Shown: positions 58,184-64,000 of the stretch, one piece after another
How positions within the stretch are numbered: position 1 is the stretch's first letter
Layout: every line of letters starts with the position of its first letter
Source: an uncultured Pseudomonadales bacterium
Lineage (GTDB): Bacteria; Patescibacteriota; Microgenomatia; UBA1400; UBA1396
Direction of reading: 5' to 3'
Assembly: GCA_964447905.1 (NCBI GenBank)
Contig: CAYUUK010000004.1
Location: 14,695 to 78,694 of the forward strand
DNA: 64,000 bases
The notes under the pieces: model-generated
Seen by the model: only the letters and a program-made list of their open reading frames with translations
The model's database searches: none
Told to the model about the DNA's origin: nothing
Program-made: the position numbers and the translations under genes

Positions 58184-58257
58184 TACCAGGGGTGGGATTT
58201 GAACCCACGACCTTCGGTTTATGAATCCGATGCTCTAACCAACTGAGCTACCCTGGC
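58184..58257 (-). tRNA. tRNA with anticodon CAT (elongator tRNA-Met or lysidine tRNA-Ile2); G1-U72, no encoded CCA
   Basis: Reverse complement folds as a cloverleaf: acceptor GCCAGGG/CCCTGGT, D-arm GCTC/GAGC, anticodon loop TTCATAA, T-arm GTGGG-TTCAAAT-CCCAC; 74 nt. Confidence 0.8.
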
Positions 58258-58317
58258 GAGGTTGAGGACATTATTATAGCGCAAAAGAGGCATTTTGGGA
58301 GGTGATTTTTCAAAGTA

Positions 58318-58326
58318 TGCTATACT
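58318..58326 (+). promoter_or_regulatory. Putative extended -10 (TGcTATACT) for rpsO
   Basis: Sequence motif about 65 nt upstream of the rpsO ATG; -35 unclear. Confidence 0.3.
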
Positions 58327-58391
58327 AAACATCCAAATAAAGCTTTTCCACCTGGCTTGCGGAAGCGAGGGGGCAAAAGGAGGATATATTC

Positions 58392-58661
58392 ATGGCATTA
58401 GATCCGCAGATCAAACAACAAATTATTAACAAGTTTCAGCAGAGTGAGGGTGATACTGGCTCTCCAGAGGTGCAGGTTGCCCTTGTGACTGAGTCAATCA
58501 ACCAGCTCACTGATCATTTGAAGAAACACAAAAAAGACGACCACTCTCGTAAGGGTCTTTTGAAGATGGTCGCCAAGCGTCGTCGTCTTTTGAACTTTTT
58601 GAAGAACAAGGACGAAGAACGCTACAGCAAGCTTATTGCTGAGCTCGGTTTGAGCAAGTAA
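58392..58661 (+). CDS. rpsO: 30S ribosomal protein S15
   Basis: '[38 protein letters not shown]' S15 signature; 89 aa; followed by pnp. Confidence 0.95.
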   Translation: MALDPQIKQQIINKFQQSEGDTGSPEVQVALVTESINQLTDHLKKHKKDDHSRKGLLKMVAKRRRLLNFLKNKDEERYSKLIAELGLSK

Positions 58662-58675
58662 AATAGAACCAGGTG

Positions 58676-58711
58676 ATGGGGCGCGAGGCAACAGCCACGC
58701 GCCCCATTTTC
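58676..58711 (+). terminator. Intergenic hairpin plus T-tract between rpsO and pnp (attenuator/terminator; candidate RNase III processing site)
   Basis: ATGGGGCGCG-(12-nt loop)-CGCGCCCCAT-TTTT. Confidence 0.5.
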
Positions 58712-58890
58712 GAAACACGTATCCGTAGTTTCGTTTCACCTCTTGAACAAGTACAGAAAAATATCGAGGTGCGGGAGAGAGTTGGTGTTTTCACCTGTGC
58801 CGGGTAAGCGTTTTGTGGCAGGACAAAACAATCATTTTCCCGGTAGATGCGAAAACTTCTCTATCTCCCTCTCCTCAAAGAAAGGAGAGT

Positions 58891-61143
58891 ATGAGTATTC
58901 ATACCCAAACTATTCGAGTTGGCAATAAGGATATCCAACTCACAGTCGGAAGATTTTCCGAACAAGCAGATGCTGCCGTTTTGGCGCAGTGTGGTTCTAC
59001 GGTGGTGCACGCCACGGTAGCAGTCGGCCGCGAATCCGGTCTCGACTTTTTCCCACTCACCGTTGAGTATCAGGAAAACCTCTACGCCGGTGGCCGTATT
59101 AAAGGGAGCCGCTGGGTAAAACGAGCCGGTCGTCCTTCTGATGACGCCATTTTGTCTGCTCGCGTGATTGATCGCTCGATCCGTCCGTTGTTCCCAGATG
59201 GCATGCGTCGCGAAGTGCAGGTGGTGGTTTCTGTCATGTCAGTTGATCACGAAAACAATCCTGACACCTTAGCCATGATTGCCTCGATGGCGGCTTTGGA
59301 AATTTCTTCCATTCCGTTTGCTGGTCCAGTATCTGGTGTGCGCATTGGCTACAACCCTGATGCTGACAGTTTTGTTTTCAACCCCACTTACGAAGAGCAG
59401 TCTTCCTCCGTACTGGACTTGATCTTGGCTGGTACCAAAGACGCGATTGTGATGGTCGAGGCTGGCGCGATTGAAGTCGACGAAGAAACGATGGTCCGTG
59501 CTTTTGAGGCCGGTTCCCAGGTGCTGGCTGACATTTCTGTGGAACTGAGCAAATTGCGTGATGCTGTCGGTAAAGAGAAGTTCGCCTTCGAAAGTCCAGA
59601 GCTCGACTCTGCTCTTGTCAAAGAGTTGAGTGAACAGTTCCATGACCAGATTCATGAATCCGTAGTCGAAAAAGCGCATTTGCGTAAAAACACCATTATC
59701 AAAGACATTATTGCTTCTCTTCGTGAAGAGCGTGAAGAATTGGTTGACTCTGCACTTGAAGATATTTTCCACTTACTGGAAAAGAAAGAAGCCCGTCGCA
59801 TGATTCTGGAAGACGGTGAGCGTCCAGACGGTCGTACCACCGAACAAGTGCGTCAAATCACTTCTGAAGTTGGTGTGTTGCCAATGGTGCATGGTTCAGG
59901 TCTCTTCAAACGCGGTGCTACGCAAGTGCTCTCTGTGGCTACACTTGGTTCCCCAGCTTTGGCCCAACTCATTGAAGACATGGAAGGTGAAGAAGAGCGT
60001 CGCTACATTCACCACTACAACATGCCCCCGTTTGCCTCTGGTGAAACCGGTCGTATTGGTTCTCCGAAGCGTCGGGAAATTGGTCACGGTGCCTTGGCCG
60101 AGCGCGCCCTCTTGCCAGTGATCCCATCTCAGGAAGAGTTTCCATATACCATTCATGTGGTCTCAGAAGTGATGAGCTCGAACGGTTCTACTTCTCAGGC
60201 TTCTGTCTGTGGAAGCACCTTGGCTCTCATGGACTCCGGTGTGCCGATCCGCAAACCAGTCTCTGGTATTGCCATGGGTCTCATGAAGGAAGGCGATAAC
60301 ACTGTTGTCCTCACCGACATCCAGGGTCTCGAAGACCACGTGGGTGACATGGACTTCAAGGTAGCCGGAACCCGCGATGGTATCACGGCGTTGCAGATGG
60401 ACATTAAGATTTCTGGTATCACTCTCGAGATTTTGCGCACTGCTTTGGCTCAAGCCAAGGTGGCTCGTATGCACATTATGGACGTGATGATGGAAGCGAT
60501 TTCCGAACCTCGCGCTGATGTGGCCGAGAACGCGCCTAAGATCGAGTCTGTCCAGATTCCAGTCGACAAGATTGGTACCGTTATCGGTCCTGGTGGAAAA
60601 ATGATTAAGCAAATCCAAGAAGATCTTGATGTAGAAGTCAACATCGATGACAGCGGCATGGTGAGCATCGCCGGAATTGATCGCGAAAATATCACTAAAG
60701 CGGTGAAGTTCATTCAAGACCTGACTCTCGAGCTGTCCGAAGGCATGGAGTTCGACGGCACAGTCGCTCGTATTGAAGACTATGGTGCGTTTGTGGACCT
60801 CGTTCCCGGCAAGACTGGTTTAGTCCACGTTTCCGAGATGGGCACCGGCTTTGTTGACGATCCACGTAACGTGGTTGAGCTTAACGAAACCGTTCACGTC
60901 TGGGTCAAGCAGTTGGAAGGTGACCGTATTCGCTTGTCGATGGTCTCTCCAGAAGAATGGGACCAGAAATCCGACGACAACGACGGCGGTGAACGCCGCA
61001 GCCGCGGTGGAAACCGTGGCGGTGGACGCGACCGCGGTGGAAATCGTGGTGGTGGTCGTAATGACCTCCGAGGCGGCGGCCGTGATCGTGGTGGCGACAG
61101 TCGCGGCAGCAGCCGCGGCCGAGGCCCACGTCGCGACAGCTAA
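58891..61143 (+). CDS. pnp: Polynucleotide phosphorylase with an Arg/Gly-rich C-terminal tail (the ORF opens at 58813; the likely start is ATG 58891 after an 'aaaggagag' RBS)
   Basis: Two RNase PH domains, KH '[13 protein letters not shown]', S1 '[15 protein letters not shown]'. About 60-aa tail '[30 protein letters not shown]...'. Confidence 0.95.
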   Translation: MSIHTQTIRVGNKDIQLTVGRFSEQADAAVLAQCGSTVVHATVAVGRESGLDFFPLTVEYQENLYAGGRIKGSRWVKRAGRPSDDAILSARVIDRSIRPLFPDGMRREVQVVVSVMSVDHENNPDTLAMIASMAALEISSIPFAGPVSGVRIGYNPDADSFVFNPTYEEQSSSVLDLILAGTKDAIVMVEAGAIEVDEETMVRAFEAGSQVLADISVELSKLRDAVGKEKFAFESPELDSALVKELSEQFHDQIHESVVEKAHLRKNTIIKDIIASLREEREELVDSALEDIFHLLEKKEARRMILEDGERPDGRTTEQVRQITSEVGVLPMVHGSGLFKRGATQVLSVATLGSPALAQLIEDMEGEEERRYIHHYNMPPFASGETGRIGSPKRREIGHGALAERALLPVIPSQEEFPYTIHVVSEVMSSNGSTSQASVCGSTLALMDSGVPIRKPVSGIAMGLMKEGDNTVVLTDIQGLEDHVGDMDFKVAGTRDGITALQMDIKISGITLEILRTALAQAKVARMHIMDVMMEAISEPRADVAENAPKIESVQIPVDKIGTVIGPGGKMIKQIQEDLDVEVNIDDSGMVSIAGIDRENITKAVKFIQDLTLELSEGMEFDGTVARIEDYGAFVDLVPGKTGLVHVSEMGTGFVDDPRNVVELNETVHVWVKQLEGDRIRLSMVSPEEWDQKSDDNDGGERRSRGGNRGGGRDRGGNRGGGRNDLRGGGRDRGGDSRGSSRGRGPRRDS

Positions 61144-61163
61144 GCGCTGTTTACAACGAAGCC

Positions 61164-61198
61164 AAAAAAAAGAGCTGGGGAAACCTGGCTCTTTTTTG
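61164..61198. terminator. Rho-independent terminator after pnp (GAAA tetraloop hairpin with A-tract and T-tract flanks)
   Basis: aaaaaaa-AGAGCTGGG-GAAA-CCTGGCTCT-TTTTTT. Confidence 0.55.
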
Positions 61199-61231
61199 GT
61201 AGACTGAGGGAAAGAAAGTACAAGGCCAAAA

Positions 61232-61969
61232 ATGAATCAAGCAGGAAAGCAAGTTGAGAGATCAGGTTTTGTAGGAGCCGACGAAAAAATTCGTAGAACT
61301 GTTACATATGAAGGGAAAGAGGTTCCAGTGTACGCGAGAGAATGCCCTCGTAATGTAGCAAGGCTTCGTATGATAGCTGCTCTTTACGGAGATGCTGGAC
61401 TTCCTGTTGTTCCTGTTATTCCAGATAATAGTAATCCAGAATCATTTTGTACGCTCGATGTTACTGCCGATGGAAGTCGTGTATTTGGAAAAAGCACATT
61501 AGGTATTTTGACAATCGAGTCATTTGGAGCTCGGAAATGGAAACCAACAACGAGAGATACGAGCTTGGATGCTCGTTTTATTGAGGTGTACACAGAAGAG
61601 AGGGAAAAGATCCAATCCGAAGTTATTCGCAATATGGAACGCGCAAACTATTCTAATGTGCTTTTGCCAGTGGATGATTCTTTTGAGCTTCGTGTACAGC
61701 CAGATGGTAACTGGCAGCTTATTATTCTTGATATAGAGCAAGGCGGACAGCTTGATGATCCTGAGTTTTTGGAATATAACGAGGTTAAAAAAGCAATTGC
61801 CTTTCATTTTGGTATTCGACCGAGTGAGGTGGTGGACAAAGTGCAGGGCCTGACGGAACCAGAGAAAAAAGAGCTTATCGAAGCGATAAATAAAAAAAGT
61901 GCAGATGAATGTATCGAAATTTTAGAGGATATTCATGAAGACCTCTTAAAAATTCAGTCAAATACTTAG
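61232..61969 (+). CDS. Hypothetical protein, no recognisable family; visibly lower GC than neighbours
   Basis: Intact 245-aa ORF. Base composition looks roughly 40% GC by eye versus roughly 50% in the flanking pnp, and codon choice differs (AGA, ATA, TTT-rich). Confidence 0.4.
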   Translation: MNQAGKQVERSGFVGADEKIRRTVTYEGKEVPVYARECPRNVARLRMIAALYGDAGLPVVPVIPDNSNPESFCTLDVTADGSRVFGKSTLGILTIESFGARKWKPTTRDTSLDARFIEVYTEEREKIQSEVIRNMERANYSNVLLPVDDSFELRVQPDGNWQLIILDIEQGGQLDDPEFLEYNEVKKAIAFHFGIRPSEVVDKVQGLTEPEKKELIEAINKKSADECIEILEDIHEDLLKIQSNT

Positions 61970-62015
61970 TTTTTTTTCTCTATTTTTCTCCCTCTCTTTT
62001 TGCTACCATGAAGAC

Positions 62016-63125
62016 ATGCAAGAAGAGTCTGCCCAGATTCAGGCCACGACGGTGTCCGATCTCACTATTGATCCCCTCATTCAACAAGAGCTGAACGATT
62101 TGGCTGCCCGCATCAATGAGAAGGTTTTGCCAGAAGAGCTACGCTTTAAGATCGAGCGCATGCTCAAGCACTTGCGGCGCGCGGCGCACAGTAGTTCCTA
62201 CGCCGAAGAGTACGAGCGCACGGCCAAGTATATCGAGTGGGCGCTCGCTGTGCCCTGGCAAGAAAAAAGTGACGATATTCTCGATCTCGAACGAGCTAAA
62301 AAGGTCTTTGAAGAGCACCACTACGGCATGCAGGAGATTAAGGACCGCATTCTGGAGTACATGGCAATTTTGCAGTTTCAGAAGCAAAGTGTGGCGGCGG
62401 GGAAAGCAGACTCCGTACGGGCGCCTATCTTGTTATTGGTGGGTTTGGTTGGTACTGGTAAAACTACTTTTGCGTACTCGATTGCTGAGGCCATAGGTCG
62501 CGAAATAGTGCGTGTGCCGTTTGGTGGTATGGGTTCGGCTCGTGATTTGCGTGGGCAGTCGCGTTTGCACCTAGAGGCGGAGCCGGGTTTGGTGATTAAG
62601 GGATTAACGCAGGCCAAAACTCGCAACCCCGTAATGCTGCTCGATGAAATTGACCGTGTTTCCGAAGATGCGCGCATGGACATTATGGGTGTGTTGGTGG
62701 AGCTGTTGGACCCGAATCAGAACCATTCGTTCAGCGATCACTATCTCGATTTTCCTGTGGACTTATCTGAGGTTTTGTTTATCGCCACGGCCAACAACAC
62801 GCGTCACATCGCCACGGCTGTCTATGACCGTATGGAACACTTGACTATGCCGTCCTACACCGACGAAGAAAAAATCCACATTGCTCAACGCTACGTCATG
62901 CCGAAAATGCTCGCGGAAGCCGGTATGACCAAAGATACTATCGTGTTCTCGAATGACGTGTGGATGAACATGGTGCGGCCGCTTGGTTTTGACTCGGGTA
63001 TTCGTACCTTGGAGCGGACGCTTAAAGGTGTGGTGGCGAAATCTGCGCGCCTCATGCTGGAGCAAGGGTTGGACAAAGTAGTGATTACCGAAGAGAACGT
63101 GCGGTATTTCTTGCCGAGTTATTAA
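62016..63125 (+). CDS. Stand-alone Lon-type AAA+ ATPase module (paralog of lon in this window) with no LON N-terminal domain and no S16 protease domain
   Basis: Aligns to the window's own Lon from the pre-AAA helix through sensor 2: 'YIEWALAVPW' vs 'YVMSWLESMLDMPW'; 'VGLVGTGKTTFAYSIAEAIGREIVRVPFGG' vs '[30 protein letters not shown]'; 'NPVMLLDEIDRV' vs 'NPVFMLDEVDKL'; 'DHYLDFPVDLSEVLFIATAN' vs 'DHYLGEPFDLSDVMFITTAN'; 'DSGIRTLER' vs 'EAGVRSLKR'. Stops right after the AAA+ alpha-helical subdomain. Confidence 0.7.
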   Translation: MQEESAQIQATTVSDLTIDPLIQQELNDLAARINEKVLPEELRFKIERMLKHLRRAAHSSSYAEEYERTAKYIEWALAVPWQEKSDDILDLERAKKVFEEHHYGMQEIKDRILEYMAILQFQKQSVAAGKADSVRAPILLLVGLVGTGKTTFAYSIAEAIGREIVRVPFGGMGSARDLRGQSRLHLEAEPGLVIKGLTQAKTRNPVMLLDEIDRVSEDARMDIMGVLVELLDPNQNHSFSDHYLDFPVDLSEVLFIATANNTRHIATAVYDRMEHLTMPSYTDEEKIHIAQRYVMPKMLAEAGMTKDTIVFSNDVWMNMVRPLGFDSGIRTLERTLKGVVAKSARLMLEQGLDKVVITEENVRYFLPSY

Positions 63126-63280
63126 TGTAATTACTACAGAAAACTAACAAAATACTCGTATAATATGGTACGCTTATGAAAATAGGCAGGAGATACTTAT
63201 GAAGATACTATACCAATTGGCCTATTATTTTCCTTGGAAGCGGCAAGCCGTTGTTGAAGGAGCCGTGAAAAAACTTGTAG

Positions 63281-63784
63281 TTGATCACAGCGAGTCACTG
63301 CGTAAATTGGAACTCTATGATAAAGGCGAAATTGAACCAACCAAAGATATGGTTAACTCCCGAAATTTGCAAGATTACGTACGAACAATATCAAGTAAAC
63401 GTGATCGCTGGCAATCTGGGTCCTGCTCATCGTGAGCCTCTTCCACCTTTTGAAAACAGATATCCAAATCGTTTAGAGTCTATTCTCGGGTCTGTCCGTA
63501 CGCGTTCAGAGACATTGCAGTATGACGTTGTTACAACAGCAACAGCGTATTATGTCACATTTGCCAAAAGCCAGGCATATCTCAATGGCAATAAACGTAT
63601 GTCTATTATTCTTGCTGGCGTGTTTTTAGCTTTCAATGGATACTATCTCAATAGTTTTGATAGCCTATTTGCTGATCTAACTTTAGTTATTTCCAGAACT
63701 TCTCAAGAAACACTTGAAGAAATTATTGAACTTGTGTGTCCCATTTTTGAAGATATTGTCGTAGTTGATTCTGTAGATTTGTAG
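63281..63784 (+). CDS. Doc/Fic-fold protein with degenerate active-site motif (QAYLNGNKR instead of HxFx[DN][AG]NKR); low GC
   Basis: 'TFAKSQAYLNGNKRMSIILAGVFLAFNGYYL' aligns residue-for-residue with P1 Doc 'ARGHIFNDANKRTALNSALLFLRRNGVQV'. Upstream 'LTPEICKI' and 'LESIL' resemble the Doc N-terminal helices. Alternative start Met at 63317. Confidence 0.45.
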   Translation: MITASHCVNWNSMIKAKLNQPKIWLTPEICKITYEQYQVNVIAGNLGPAHREPLPPFENRYPNRLESILGSVRTRSETLQYDVVTTATAYYVTFAKSQAYLNGNKRMSIILAGVFLAFNGYYLNSFDSLFADLTLVISRTSQETLEEIIELVCPIFEDIVVVDSVDL

Positions 63785-63817
63785 GATTGACTGGATCTTT
63801 TTGTTACAATGCCTCTA

Positions 63818-64000
63818 TGTCTGATTCTAAAACCCAAAAACGACAACACCTTCTCCAAGAACTCGAATCAAATTATGAATCCCTTCCACTTGCTGAAAAG
63901 CCAGAGGACATGGTCATGGGTTTTGGGAACGTTGATTCCGATGTGATGTTCATTGGCGAAGCCCCAGGCAGAAACGAAGCCATTGAGCGCAAACCATTTG
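63818..64000 (+). CDS. Uracil-DNA glycosylase superfamily protein (family 4/5-like), N-terminal fragment running off the window
   Basis: 'GFGNVDSDVMFIGEAPGRNEAIERKPF' matches the UDG motif A 'GEGP...DIMFVGEAPG...G.PFVG'; no stop codon before the window edge. Confidence 0.45.

Noticed and set aside
60163-60717. 184-aa minus-strand ORF inside pnp
   Set aside because: Antisense shadow of the PNPase KH/S1 region.
60960-61140. Tandem-repeat-looking DNA (GGTGGNNNCCGTGG... units)
   Set aside because: It is the coding sequence for the RGG protein tail of PNPase, not an intergenic repeat or CRISPR; no spacer-repeat periodicity.
1-64000. CRISPR arrays, rRNA genes, transposase/integrase genes
   Set aside because: I looked for regularly spaced direct repeats and for DDE/tyrosine-recombinase motifs in the six-frame track and found none. 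The only RNA gene recognised is the tRNA(CAT).

Overview
This 64 kb window is a gene-dense bacterial chromosome segment of about 50% GC, and the gene content loosely suggests a small-genome Gram-positive-like or Patescibacteria-like organism. The start order hrcA-grpE-dnaK-dnaJ, the presence of RNase Y, a minimal IF-2, and FemAB plus LCP cell-wall genes point that way, but I cannot assign taxonomy without a database.

The window contains:
- **Heat-shock operon:** a CIRCE-controlled hrcA-grpE-dnaK-dnaJ operon, plus a second CIRCE element in front of a full-length lon.
- **Transcription and translation core:** nusA-infB, recA, ftsK, pyk, truB, tpiA, a DEAD-box helicase, pcrA, tsaD with a fused tsaC-tsaE, rny, hupB, one tRNA (anticodon CAT), rpsO-pnp and several rho-independent terminators.
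- **Helicases:** two UvrD-family helicases, one of which carries a C-terminal Fe-S RecB/Cas4-like nuclease domain.
- **Surface-glycan island (19.7-41.6 kb):** at least four paralogous GT-C (PMT/ArnT-like) integral-membrane glycosyltransferases, four GT2, one GT4, a Wzx-like flippase and two further large polytopic membrane proteins; most of these form a long minus-strand run.
- **Low-GC accessory-looking patch at the 3' end:** an orphan gene, a stand-alone AAA+ ATPase that is clearly a truncated paralog of the Lon in this same window (no N domain, no protease domain), and a Doc/Fic-fold protein whose signature motif is degenerate (His replaced by Gln).

The best candidates for something undescribed are that 3' patch and a 40-nt perfect palindrome nested inside a 12-bp inverted repeat beside the tRNA. 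Other oddities include a DHH-like protein with ablated catalytic motifs after infB, a signal-peptide protein with bactofilin-like repeats, an RHH-nucleotidyltransferase fusion beside a DUF62 SAM hydrolase and a polyprenyl synthase, and an RGG-rich tail on PNPase.

I found no CRISPR array, rRNA or obvious transposase. All protein calls rest on motifs I recognised by eye in the supplied translations; none has been confirmed by search.
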